Shown piece by piece: positions 43,310 through 52,681 of a DNA stretch of 63,603 nucleotides. The notes below the pieces were generated by a model. That model saw only the letters and a program-made list of their open reading frames with translations, had not been told where the DNA came from and did no database searches. Origin of the DNA: Candidatus Woesearchaeota archaeon (GTDB lineage: Archaea > Nanobdellota > Nanobdellia > Woesearchaeales > JAWBMQ01); the NCBI GenBank assembly GCA_038828875.1, contig JAWBMQ010000003.1:1-63603 (forward strand). Direction: 5' to 3'. Position 1 is the first letter of the stretch, and each line of letters opens with the position of its first letter. The translations under genes were made by a program, and so were the position numbers.

Positions 43310-45148
43310 ATGAATCTTAAAAAAAAAATTAAAAAAAATAGTATTTTGATTTTGATGTTTTTATTATTCACATGTCTTCCTAGCTTTGCAAATAATGGTT
43401 GTGAAATTGTAGAACTTAAAAATTTTCTAAATACTAAAAATCATATTGAATGTTTAAACATTAGGCAAGAAACTAATTTTTATCAAAAAGAGATAAAAGT
43501 TACAATTGATGGAATAATAACTAAAAGAAACAATGTCTATGAATATGATGCATCTATAACTTTAGATTTGAACATCACTGATTTAGAATTTGAAAAAACC
43601 TTAATAATTCAGACACAGAATAATTATCAAACATTAAGCGTTTCTTGTTCAAATTTTTCCGTGAAGAAAGATGATACTTTTGAATATATTTATTTAGAAC
43701 AACATTTTCAAAAATTTGATAACAATACAAATACCACATACAATGTTTCATTTTTTCCTTCTCAAATAAAATGTAATGTTAAAGGTATTGTTGTTCTTGA
43801 AAATTACTTAACCCCTTTTGAAATTGCATTTAGAAATATAAAAATCATTCCAGTAGCTAAAATTTCAGTACTTAAATCATACATTCCTGAAATTGAAATT
43901 GAAAACGGAACAACAACTAAAGAATTATTACTAAACCAAACAATTCGAGGGGTTGGTGTAAAATTTGAGAATGATAAAAATTATAGCATGAAGTATAACT
44001 TTAAACTTTATCGAGAAATCAATTCTAATAAAACACCTGATTTTGAGAATCTCAAAGAAATATTAAACGGTAGTGTTATTGTTCATAATGCTCATTCTTT
44101 ATTTATAAGCTTTAAGGATGTGTTTTATGAAAATTCAATATATTGGATTGAAGCAGAACCATATTATAATTTGAAGTACAACATAAAAAATAATACTATA
44201 TTAAGAATAATCTATCCATCTGCTCCAGGAGGTACGACTGGTGGAAGTTCTGGGTTCATTATGGAAGAAGTGCAAGATAACAAAAATATCTCTAAAAAAA
44301 ATATTACCGAAGAAGAAGCTGAAGAGTTTTGCATTCCATTATTTTCAAGAAAAGTTTTGGTTGAAGATATTGAAAAAAGAATAATAAAAGTAAGTTATGA
44401 AATCGTAAATCCATGTAAAGAAGAAAAAAACATCATTATTCAAGAGCCTTTACTAGAAAACGGTGCATTGATTGAGATAAGTGAAGGAAAAATTGTAAAT
44501 AAGATCATAACTTTAAACTTAACCTTAAAATCTGATGAAAAAAGAACAATAAGTTACTTAATCAGATATCTAGAAGATGAATCTTTAATTCTTTATCCTT
44601 CTGCAACAGTCAAAGTAGATGATAAAATATATATCATAAACAATGAAATCTTAAAAATGAAGCCTTTTAAAGGAAATGCAATTTTTATTAAGAAAATTAT
44701 AGAATTTATTGAAAACGATTTAGTTAAAATAACCATAGAGATCAACAATTTAGGCGAAAAAACTAATTTTTACATCAAAGATTTATCAAAAACCTATAGC
44801 AGTTTAACTGTTCCATTTTATAAACCAGGAGTTTGGCAAGTAAATTTGCTAGAAAATGAGATGTGGAAAGTACAATACCTAACTACTATAAATGATGAAA
44901 TTTATACTATTCCTCAAGTAATAGGCTTTAGCGGTAAAGTGTTTTTTAGTATAATTTCTAGCACAAAAACAAGCGAAAAATTAGAAATAAAACAACAATC
45001 TACAGAATTAATACCTATTGCAATTCTTATTGGCTCGATTATAGTTCTTAGCGTTTTTACAATTGTTGAAATAACAAAAGCAAAAGAAAGCACAGATTCC
45101 TGGGAAAGTTTAGAGAAATCATTGAAAGATCTCTTCAAAAAACTCTAA
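43310..45148 (+). CDS. Large secreted surface protein with C-terminal TM anchor
   Basis: Sec-type signal peptide (ILILMFLLFTCLPSFA), a beta-rich N-x-T/S-rich body, a GGTTGGSSG linker, and a C-terminal TM IPIAILIGSIIVLSVFTIV. Confidence 0.55.
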   Translation: MNLKKKIKKNSILILMFLLFTCLPSFANNGCEIVELKNFLNTKNHIECLNIRQETNFYQKEIKVTIDGIITKRNNVYEYDASITLDLNITDLEFEKTLIIQTQNNYQTLSVSCSNFSVKKDDTFEYIYLEQHFQKFDNNTNTTYNVSFFPSQIKCNVKGIVVLENYLTPFEIAFRNIKIIPVAKISVLKSYIPEIEIENGTTTKELLLNQTIRGVGVKFENDKNYSMKYNFKLYREINSNKTPDFENLKEILNGSVIVHNAHSLFISFKDVFYENSIYWIEAEPYYNLKYNIKNNTILRIIYPSAPGGTTGGSSGFIMEEVQDNKNISKKNITEEEAEEFCIPLFSRKVLVEDIEKRIIKVSYEIVNPCKEEKNIIIQEPLLENGALIEISEGKIVNKIITLNLTLKSDEKRTISYLIRYLEDESLILYPSATVKVDDKIYIINNEILKMKPFKGNAIFIKKIIEFIENDLVKITIEINNLGEKTNFYIKDLSKTYSSLTVPFYKPGVWQVNLLENEMWKVQYLTTINDEIYTIPQVIGFSGKVFFSIISSTKTSEKLEIKQQSTELIPIAILIGSIIVLSVFTIVEITKAKESTDSWESLEKSLKDLFKKL

Positions 45149-45217
45149 AAAAAGCAAATAAATATAAATAATAAGGTTATTTCTTAAGGAAATAAAAGTT
45201 TTTAAAAGGTGAATTTG

Positions 45218-45436
45218 ATGGAAAGAAATAGAAGATTTCAAGGTAGGCGAAGTTTTGCGCCAGTAAAGGTAAATGAAGAGTTAGAGTTAGATATCGTAGC
45301 AGTAGGAAAATCTGGAGACGGAATTGGAAAGAAAGATGGGTTTGTGATCTTCGTGCCAAATACTGCTGAAGGAGATCACGTAAAGGTGAAAATCACAAAG
45401 GTTTCTAAAAAAGTTGCTTTCGCAGAAAAAATATAA
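45218..45436 (+). CDS. TRAM-domain RNA-binding protein
   Basis: VKVNEELELDIVAVGKSGDGIGKKDGFVIFVPNTAEGDHVKVKITKV. AAGGTGA SD lies upstream of ATG 45218. Confidence 0.75.
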   Translation: MERNRRFQGRRSFAPVKVNEELELDIVAVGKSGDGIGKKDGFVIFVPNTAEGDHVKVKITKVSKKVAFAEKI

Positions 45437-45493
45437 AAAAGTTATGTTCATTCTATCATTAAAAAATAATTTTTTTATTTTTAGTTTTTATTC

Positions 45494-46024
45494 TTAACTT
45501 ATCATAAGATATGCATATTCTTCAGATTCTATTTCTACATCGTCGCTTTCAAAATCAATTTTTCTAAAATTGCTCAGTGCTTTAGCTGCATTTATAGTAT
45601 CTTGCCAATAATATCCCCCTACAAAGATTATATTATTTGAAAATGCTTTTATTCTCCCTTTTCCTGGTTTAAATGGTGCTGAACATCTTAAAGGATACTC
45701 AAAAAGCTCCATAGTAACCATATTAACACAACTTCCACCTATGACTATAGCATTAATATCTTTCAAAGAATCTACATCCTTATCAACTACAAAAGTATAG
45801 ATAAAATTAATTCCTTTGTCAAGATAATATCTTTGCATAGAAGCTAAAATTAAGCTTGCAGCAATACCATCATAGATTTGAGCATTTACTCCTAGGATAA
45901 ACGTAACTTTTGCTGTGTTATCTTTTACAAAATTATTTGGAAACTTAGACAAAATATTTGCATTTACCATAGAAATTGAAATCAAACTCAAAAAGATCAA
46001 AACTAAAATATTTCTAAGTTTCAT
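45494..46024 (-). CDS. Small secreted protein, weakly S-layer N-terminal-domain-like
   Basis: Signal peptide MKLRNILVLIFLSLISISMVNA. LSKFPNNFVKDN..VTFILGVNAQIYDGIAA and INAIVIGGSCVN recall archaeal S-layer N-domain patterns (from memory, weak). Confidence 0.45.
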   Translation of the reverse strand: MKLRNILVLIFLSLISISMVNANILSKFPNNFVKDNTAKVTFILGVNAQIYDGIAASLILASMQRYYLDKGINFIYTFVVDKDVDSLKDINAIVIGGSCVNMVTMELFEYPLRCSAPFKPGKGRIKAFSNNIIFVGGYYWQDTINAAKALSNFRKIDFESDDVEIESEEYAYLMIS

Positions 46025-46110
46025 ATTGTTATTTATAAATATGATGTTATATATAAGTTTTGCGATATTTTTTTGAAAAATTATAAAAATAATCTGATTT
46101 TCTATTTTTT

Positions 46111-46773
46111 ATGGAAAAGATCACATTTGGAATTTCTTGGCTTGATGAATTAGTTGATGGAATAAAACCTAAACAAATAAATATGATTTATGGTCCTGCT
46201 GGTGTTGGTAAAAGTACTCTTTGTTATATTATTGCAAATAATTATCTAAAATATGAAAATAAAAATATTCTATACATTGACAATGATCATAATTTTTCAG
46301 CTGAAAGAATACTACAAATTAATCAAAATCCCGAAATATTGAAAAGATTCATTGTTGTAAAACCTTCGAATGTTTTAGAATTCCAAAGTTTAATAGATAA
46401 CTTGAATAAGTTCGAAGATGTTGACTTAATTTTCATCGATTCAATTGCATCAATTTATAGAATTGAACTCTATGACAAACAATTGAAAGAAATTTTAGGA
46501 AAAATGTTAAGTGATATAAAAAAATTAAGAGATTTCGTTGAAAAGAATAACAAATTTTTGATTTTGGTTAACCAAATCTACGGAGAAAATGAAAAAGATA
46601 TTTTCGGATACGAAAATGTTCAATACATAGCAAACGTTATTTTTGAAATTTCAAGAAATAATAAAGAAATTAGAAGTATAAAATTAATAAAACATCCTTA
46701 TATAAAGGAGTTTGAAAAAAATTTTAGAATAACAAACAATAGCTTTGAATTAATAGAGGAGTTTGAAGTTTAA
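46111..46773 (+). CDS. radB: RadB/KaiC-like RecA-superfamily ATPase
   Basis: GISWLDELVDGI...IYGPAGVGKSTLC (Walker A) and Walker B LIFIDSIAS. Its 220 aa fits RadB. Confidence 0.6.
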   Translation: MEKITFGISWLDELVDGIKPKQINMIYGPAGVGKSTLCYIIANNYLKYENKNILYIDNDHNFSAERILQINQNPEILKRFIVVKPSNVLEFQSLIDNLNKFEDVDLIFIDSIASIYRIELYDKQLKEILGKMLSDIKKLRDFVEKNNKFLILVNQIYGENEKDIFGYENVQYIANVIFEISRNNKEIRSIKLIKHPYIKEFEKNFRITNNSFELIEEFEV

Positions 46774-46774
46774 T

Positions 46775-47815
46775 ATGATACTTGGAAAAGATTTAGCAAA
46801 CATAGAAGTAAAGGAATTCTGTAAAGAGTTCAAAAAATTTGAAAATTCATACATTGACAAGATTTATTATGAAAACCAAGCTTTAGAAATAAGATTAAAC
46901 CATTCTGAATTAGGTAAAATCAATTTGTTTTTTTCACACCCATACATTTATTTAACAAGAAAAATTCAGCTTAACAAAACTTTAGGATTTGGTTTAATTT
47001 TGAAAAAATACTTAGAGCATAGCAAAATATTAAGTATTGAACAGCTTGGAAGCGACAGAGTTATTGTCTTAAAACTTTCTAATAAGCTTAGTTTAGTTTT
47101 TGAACTATTTTTTCATGGAAATGTTATGATTTTAGAATCTAATAAAATCTTAGCTCAAAGCAATCCTAAAGGCGGTTCAAAGAAGGAAAAGGAATATTTT
47201 TCGATAGAAAAAAAAGAAGATATATTTTCGATTAGTTTTGATGAATTTAGAAATAAAATGAAAGATAAAGAGTTAGTAAAAGGATTAGCAAATTTCATTG
47301 GAAATGTTTATGCTGAAGAAATCTGTCATAGATTAAAAATCGATAAATTAACTAAAGATTATGAAATTGAAAAAGTGTATGATGAATTTTTAAAATTAAT
47401 TAATGAAGAAAATTTATTCTTATTTTATCCTGAAAAAAATTGTTTTAGTGTTAGAGAGCTGAAAATGTATGAAAATAATGAAAAGGTTCAATTTAATTCT
47501 TTTTCAGAAATGTTAGAAGAAATAAGCAAAAAAGAGATTCAAGATGAAATGATCGAAAAGTACAAAAAAGCTATAGAAATTCAGAGAAAGACAATTGAAG
47601 AATATGAAAATAAAATACAGAATTATGAAAAAACAATAGAAGTGATTTATTCTAATTATCTTCTTCTTGAAAAAATCTTAAAAATAATTAATGAAAATGA
47701 AAACAACGACAAGATCATTGAAGAAATAAACAAAAAATTAGAAGAAAACAAAATCAATATCAGAATAAAAGAAATGGATAAGAAAAACAAAGAATTTTCA
47801 ATTGTTTTTCAATAG
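46775..47815 (+). CDS. NFACT-N domain protein (truncated Rqc2/FbpA homolog)
   Basis: IDKIYYEN.ALEIRL...YIYLT......FGLILKKYLEHSKILSIEQLGSDRVIVLKL...LVFELFFHGNVMILE matches the NFACT-N pattern and is followed only by a coiled coil. ATG 46775 lies 1 nt after the radB stop. Confidence 0.6.
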   Translation: MILGKDLANIEVKEFCKEFKKFENSYIDKIYYENQALEIRLNHSELGKINLFFSHPYIYLTRKIQLNKTLGFGLILKKYLEHSKILSIEQLGSDRVIVLKLSNKLSLVFELFFHGNVMILESNKILAQSNPKGGSKKEKEYFSIEKKEDIFSISFDEFRNKMKDKELVKGLANFIGNVYAEEICHRLKIDKLTKDYEIEKVYDEFLKLINEENLFLFYPEKNCFSVRELKMYENNEKVQFNSFSEMLEEISKKEIQDEMIEKYKKAIEIQRKTIEEYENKIQNYEKTIEVIYSNYLLLEKILKIINENENNDKIIEEINKKLEENKINIRIKEMDKKNKEFSIVFQ

Positions 47816-47822
47816 TAATAGA

Positions 47823-48464
47823 TTATTTCTCTTTATTTACAAAAAGATAATGCTTTTCTTCATTACTTTTTAACTCTTCTATAATTCTCTTCACAATCAT
47901 CTTTACTGGATCAGGAAGTAGATCTATTCTATTCTTTATATCTTGAAAGCTTTTAAATGGTTCTATATCCCTTTCATTTAATAACTGACTTAGATGTTTT
48001 TTTCCTAAACCTGGAAGAAGCATTAAAGTATGACTTCTCGCATTTATAGGCGGTGCTGTATTGTAGAAATCTACAAACTTTGATTCATTTTCTAAAACTA
48101 TTTTTTCTACTATATCTTGCAAATTTTTTTGAGCCAAAGGGCTTAATTCATTGAAATCAATCCTATTTAAAATGTGATTAATTTTTTCTCTTTTTCCAGC
48201 TCCAATGTATACTTTTTCACCAATTTCTAAAGTTACACCTGGTTTTGGAATTACTTCAAGCAAGGTAAATTTATCTATGCCTATAACTTGTGCTATTGCT
48301 TTATTCTCAAAACTAGCTAAATCTTTCTTTAACTTACCATTAGGCAAAAAATCCAAAACTATTGCCCATTCTTCTTTAACTATTTTTTCCTTTCCACCCT
48401 CAAATACCATAAAAGTAGAAAGAATTCTTAAATATTTAAATTTTACTATATTTAATTCATGCAA
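47823..48464 (-). CDS. DUF655/COG1491-like RNA-binding protein with HhH
   Basis: EEWAIVLDFLPNG followed by an OB-like region and the C-terminal HTLMLLPGLGKKHLSQLL. An alternative start is M19 (48410). Confidence 0.6.
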   Translation of the reverse strand: MHELNIVKFKYLRILSTFMVFEGGKEKIVKEEWAIVLDFLPNGKLKKDLASFENKAIAQVIGIDKFTLLEVIPKPGVTLEIGEKVYIGAGKREKINHILNRIDFNELSPLAQKNLQDIVEKIVLENESKFVDFYNTAPPINARSHTLMLLPGLGKKHLSQLLNERDIEPFKSFQDIKNRIDLLPDPVKMIVKRIIEELKSNEEKHYLFVNKEK

Positions 48465-48478
48465 TTAAGCTAAAAACA

Positions 48479-48973
48479 TTACATCCTAATCCATTCAGTT
48501 TGATAATAGCTAATGCTATTTTCTGAATCAACTATTGCAATTAAAACTTTCTTTCGAGTTGAATGTGCAACTCTATTTTTACTTGAAAAATCTTTCATTT
48601 TTAATGATTCTTTTTCAGTTAAAACATGAACAATCCATTTTGAATGATCTTGCTTAAATTTACCTTTTTCATAAACTCTAAAATCTCCTCCATACTTTAA
48701 ACCTGATTTGATAACATAACCTTTTTCTCTTAAATCTTTAAAAACTAAGTATTTTATAAAAAAATTTTTTTCCTTTTTTCTTCCGTAATCAAGTAGTTCA
48801 TCTATACTAAGAAGCTTGTTTTTCAAATAACATTCTAGCTTTTCTTTCTCAACTAAATAAAGAACTTCATAGAGATTAAGATAAACCTTTCCTTTTTCTA
48901 CTACTCCATATCCTTTATCATAAAAACCTAGATAATCAGTTATTCCAAAATCATCTATCAATTCACATTTCAT
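48479..48973 (-). CDS. endA: tRNA-splicing endonuclease EndA (short, homotetramer-type length)
   Basis: YLVFKDLREKGYVIKSGLKYGGDFRVYEKG...HSKWIVHV is the catalytic-domain signature. The start chosen is MKCELID (ORF-track start 49006). Confidence 0.8.
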   Translation of the reverse strand: MKCELIDDFGITDYLGFYDKGYGVVEKGKVYLNLYEVLYLVEKEKLECYLKNKLLSIDELLDYGRKKEKNFFIKYLVFKDLREKGYVIKSGLKYGGDFRVYEKGKFKQDHSKWIVHVLTEKESLKMKDFSSKNRVAHSTRKKVLIAIVDSENSISYYQTEWIRM

Positions 48974-49181
48974 CTTTTCGAAAATAATGAATTCCAAAAA
49001 AAGCAATGATTAAGCTAAAAATTAACAAAAATAATACAAAAATGTTGAAATAATGAATTTCCCTGTTGAAATTGAAGAAATATCCTGCAATGCTTTTCCT
49101 AAACATGAAAACAAAAATAGTAAAAAGTATCAAAAAAAAGATATACAACATTGCTTCATTAATTCTTTTCAACATTTTCAA
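48963..49181 (-). CDS. Possible small membrane protein
   Basis: 72-aa two-TM ORF filling the FKBP-EndA gap, with short overlaps at both ends. No other support. Confidence 0.3.
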   Translation of the reverse strand: MKMLKRINEAMLYIFFLILFTIFVFMFRKSIAGYFFNFNREIHYFNIFVLFLLIFSLIIAFFGIHYFRKDEM

Positions 49182-49794
49182 ACCTTACTTCTATTTCTAA
49201 GTTTGCATAATTTTTAAAGATTTCTTTTAATCCTTTTTCTAGATTAGAACTAGATTTGCCTTTATACTTTAAAACAATTTTTTGATTCTCTTCTTCGACG
49301 GTTGCATTTAAATTGTATTTTTGAACAATTGCATTAGCAATTTCTAAATTGGTTTCAAATTTTTTAATTATTTTGAAGGTATATTTTAATGTATGATCGC
49401 TCAAAGGATGATTAAAATCTACTGTAACTCTTCCACCATTAACAGATTTTACCCTTGCATATGCTCCGTCTAATTCAAGTGCTAAACCAGGATATGGCTC
49501 GATTTTGTGCTTTCTAAATTCATTAATAGGATATACTTTTATAAGATTTGGATTTCTTTTTCCAAATCCTTTTTCAGGCTGAATTATTATTTCATACTCT
49601 TTACCAACCTCTTTATCTTCCAAAGCTTCATCTAACCCTTTTACAACTTCATTGTTACCTACTTTGATTATAACGTTCTTTGCATTTTTTATTAAATTAG
49701 GATCTGTAGTGTCAAAAACTTCTCCATTTTCTAATTTGCCTGTAAATGAAAGCTCAACAATATCTCCTTTTTTTATCATAAAATCACCAATCAT
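49159..49794 (-). CDS. FKBP-type peptidyl-prolyl isomerase (SlyD-like with IF insert)
   Basis: KKGDIVELSFTGKLENGEVFDTT and VDFNHPLSDHTLKYTFKI. An alternative start is M6 (49779). Confidence 0.85.
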   Translation of the reverse strand: MIGDFMIKKGDIVELSFTGKLENGEVFDTTDPNLIKNAKNVIIKVGNNEVVKGLDEALEDKEVGKEYEIIIQPEKGFGKRNPNLIKVYPINEFRKHKIEPYPGLALELDGAYARVKSVNGGRVTVDFNHPLSDHTLKYTFKIIKKFETNLEIANAIVQKYNLNATVEEENQKIVLKYKGKSSSNLEKGLKEIFKNYANLEIEVRFENVEKN

Positions 49795-50330
49795 AGAAAA
49801 TTTCTTGTTTTTAAAAAATTAACTATCTCATCTACTAATTGTTCAGGTGTCTTATTGCTAGAATTTAAAACTAAATCATAATTTTTTAAATCTAAAAAAT
49901 CAACTCCATATAATGATTTTAATCTATCTCTATCCTCATAATCCCTCATTTGAATATATTTTTTAGCATCGTCTATAGAAAAATATTGTTCTGTAGATCT
50001 TTTATCATTATAGATTCTATTCACTGCAACATCAAAATCTACATCAACAAATAATTTTACTGATTCTGGATGAAAAAAGAATCCTAATCTAGAATCTAAA
50101 ACGATGTTTCCTTGTAATTTTTTTTGATAATCATCCACCATAGTATCGTATTCTTTTCTAACTTTAGATAATTCATTAAATTCATTTATAGATAGATTTA
50201 AACTCTCTGCAATCCTTCTTCTAATTTCTCCAACAGAAAGAAAATCATAATTTAATCTTTCAGCTAGCTTTCTTCCTACTGTTGTTTTTCCACTTCCTGC
50301 TTTTCCGGATATTGTAATTATCATAACCAA
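49791..50330 (-). CDS. cmk: Cytidylate kinase (archaeal type)
   Basis: ITISGKAGSGKTTVGRKLAERLNYDFLSVGEIRR. Confidence 0.75.
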   Translation of the reverse strand: MVMIITISGKAGSGKTTVGRKLAERLNYDFLSVGEIRRRIAESLNLSINEFNELSKVRKEYDTMVDDYQKKLQGNIVLDSRLGFFFHPESVKLFVDVDFDVAVNRIYNDKRSTEQYFSIDDAKKYIQMRDYEDRDRLKSLYGVDFLDLKNYDLVLNSSNKTPEQLVDEIVNFLKTRNFL

Positions 50331-50358
50331 AACAAGAAGAATTAATTTAAAAAAGTTA

Positions 50359-51069
50359 TTAATTTATGATATATCTTGAAAGAAGCTCTTCTTCAACGAA
50401 ATGTAATGAAGAAGGTAAAATCAAACACTGTGGTTTTGGCTTTTTTTCAAAATCAATATTTAGTAACTTTTCATAAGAACCATAATAAATTTTTTCATCC
50501 TCTGTTGCTAATGCACAGCAAGCAACAAATTTATGTTCTTTAAAATCAGATAACTTAATTAGTGCTTCGTTTATATTCATAAACTTATTCTCTTCAGTTT
50601 TTAAATCTAAAAGTATCAAAGTATGTAAATTTGCACTTAAATTTTTCCTAATATATTCAATATAACTTTTACTTTCATGAAAGGGAATTGAAACAATTCT
50701 ACCAAATTTATAAAGTTCTAATCCTGTAATTGATATTGCATTAATTATACTATAATTGTGAATTACTTTGACATTAGGATTTTCTAAAAAAATCGAATGT
50801 GTTGTAGCAATTAAAGGATGACCTATGATTAACAATGCAATGTCTCTATTTTGCGCTTTTTTAATCAACTCTTCTGCTCTTTCTTCTACAAAACTTCTAT
50901 TAACTTTAATTATTTTTTTGTTAATTAATTTTTCAAGATTAAAAATATTTATTCTAGATAAGCTGGTATAAAATTCAAAGTAAACTTCATCGCATTTTTT
51001 CAAAATTTCTATTGCTTTTAAAGAAAGATCAAATTCATCATTCAATCCAGTTCCTATTAAATATAACAT
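50359..51069 (-). CDS. dphB: Diphthine synthase
   Basis: MLYLIGTGLNDEFDLSLKAIEILKKCDEVYFEFYTS and the tetrapyrrole-methylase fold pattern. Confidence 0.85.
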   Translation of the reverse strand: MLYLIGTGLNDEFDLSLKAIEILKKCDEVYFEFYTSLSRINIFNLEKLINKKIIKVNRSFVEERAEELIKKAQNRDIALLIIGHPLIATTHSIFLENPNVKVIHNYSIINAISITGLELYKFGRIVSIPFHESKSYIEYIRKNLSANLHTLILLDLKTEENKFMNINEALIKLSDFKEHKFVACCALATEDEKIYYGSYEKLLNIDFEKKPKPQCLILPSSLHFVEEELLSRYIIN

Positions 51070-51109
51070 AAATTCAGAAAAATTCTTTAAAATAAAAAGA
51101 TTTTCAAAG

Positions 51110-51718
51110 TTATTTTTTTATCTTTTTAAAAAAAGCACGAATTGAAGCTTTAAAATCGGCTATTCTTTTTTGGATTCTTTCTAACAATCTTGGTGTTGTA
51201 TCATATTCAACATATTCCCATTTATTATTACCTTCACGTTCATAACCTAAAAAAAGCTCTAAAGGTTTTAAATGCTTTGTCTTTGGCTTTTCATCTGGAA
51301 AACCTAACGTGATAAATGCAACTGGTTCAGATTTCTTAATATCTAATAATTTCTTCAATTTTTCTTTATCGAAAGCTTCTACCCAACATGCTCCTAATTT
51401 TTGATTTTGGGCTTCAATTAGCATATTTTCAACTACTGCGCCTACTGTATGTTCAACCATGGATTTTGGATAATCTACATTGTAATCTGCACATACTACT
51501 AAAACAACTGGAGCACCTAAAATCCAATCTTGATCAGATAATTTAGCAATTTCTTCAATTTTAGAACAACTTGTTACTAAAATTATTGAAAAATTTTGAA
51601 CATTTCCTGGAGTTGGTGCATGTCTTGCAGCATCAACTACTTCTATAATTTTACTCCATGGTACTGGAATCGGTTTATACTTTCTAATGCTTCTTCTATT
51701 CTTTATTTGTGATAGCAT
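51110..51718 (-). CDS. Nitroreductase-family flavoprotein
   Basis: RRSIRKYK, HAPTPGNVQ and a GACWV-type dimer-interface pattern. Confidence 0.75.
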   Translation of the reverse strand: MLSQIKNRRSIRKYKPIPVPWSKIIEVVDAARHAPTPGNVQNFSIILVTSCSKIEEIAKLSDQDWILGAPVVLVVCADYNVDYPKSMVEHTVGAVVENMLIEAQNQKLGACWVEAFDKEKLKKLLDIKKSEPVAFITLGFPDEKPKTKHLKPLELFLGYEREGNNKWEYVEYDTTPRLLERIQKRIADFKASIRAFFKKIKK

Positions 51719-51784
51719 AATACTTAATTTTAGAATTGTAAATTTAAATATTTTGCTAAAGAAAAAATCAAAAAATTTAGTAGT

Positions 51785-52318
51785 TTATTTTGATTGAGTA
51801 ACTTTCATAACTTCAACTAATTCACCAGAACATTTTGAAAAAGTTGATAATTGTGCTTGCATTTGTCTAGGATCTTCCATAATATCAACTATACAAACCA
51901 TCTCTTTGTTGTTAAATGTTTTATTTATAGGATAATCAATCAATTTAACATTTATTTTGCATTTTGAATTTTCTATCTTTTCTGCAATTTCCATAATCCA
52001 TTTAGAAAAAAGGTTTTTAGATAAATCAACAGGAGATTTAATTTCCATTTTCAAATATTCACAATTTTTTAAATAGTTTAAAAAACATTCTTCATCATTT
52101 TCATTGTCTTTACAACATGGCTCTTTATTGCAAGAATATTTAACATAAGATCCTTGATTTTCCTCATTGCTTTCTTGTTTTGCTTCCAACTGCTGATTAT
52201 TAATCTGTATTTGTTGATTTGATTTATTTTTGCTATTAAATAAGTAATAACTTCCACCAACAAAAATAATCACTAACATTATTAGCAAGATTCCTACTAA
52301 AAGATTTTTAGAGTTCAT
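51785..52318 (-). CDS. Membrane-anchored Cys-rich hypothetical protein
   Basis: N-terminal TM (LLVGILLIMLVIIFVGG), a Q/N linker, and an ectodomain with several Cys (SCNKEPCCKD..ECF..NCEY). Confidence 0.5.
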   Translation of the reverse strand: MNSKNLLVGILLIMLVIIFVGGSYYLFNSKNKSNQQIQINNQQLEAKQESNEENQGSYVKYSCNKEPCCKDNENDEECFLNYLKNCEYLKMEIKSPVDLSKNLFSKWIMEIAEKIENSKCKINVKLIDYPINKTFNNKEMVCIVDIMEDPRQMQAQLSTFSKCSGELVEVMKVTQSK

Positions 52319-52397
52319 TTTATTTGAAAAAAGAAATCAATATTAAAAATTTTTCTTACTATTATAAAAGAAAAAATTAAAAATAAACTTAAAAATT

Positions 52398-52580
52398 TTA
52401 ATCGTATTCTATTGCTTGTGCTGGACAGAGATCTGCTGCATTTCTTACAGCTTCTTCTTCGTTTGTGTCTTTAGGAGATCTTAACACATGTGCTTTTCCA
52501 TCTTCAATTACAAATATTGATGATGCTATTGCAGAACAAGCCCCACAACCAATACAATTATCATTAACTCTAACGTTCAT
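52398..52580 (-). CDS. Small single-cluster ferredoxin
   Basis: CIGCGACSAIA...LCPAQAI in 60 aa. Confidence 0.75.
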   Translation of the reverse strand: MNVRVNDNCIGCGACSAIASSIFVIEDGKAHVLRSPKDTNEEEAVRNAADLCPAQAIEYD

Positions 52581-52681
52581 AATCTCACAAAATTTAGTTT
52601 GTTTTTTATTTTAAAAAAGTTATGAATTTTTTTATTTTATTTTCTAAAAATTTTTAAGATATGATTTACTTTTAAAAATTT

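Noticed and set aside
39549-45148. The tRNA cluster plus the downstream surface-protein block considered as an integrated genomic island.
   Set aside because: There is no integrase or recombinase, no duplicated tRNA 3' fragment that could serve as an att site, and no visible compositional break.
45177-45359. A 60-aa minus-strand ORF overlapping the TRAM-domain gene.
   Set aside because: The TRAM ORF has an SD plus ATG and a recognisable domain. The antisense ORF has neither.
52078-52263. A 61-aa ORF nested within 51785-52318 on the same strand.
   Set aside because: It is a different frame inside a longer ORF that has a clear TM anchor and a Cys-rich domain. It has no independent support.
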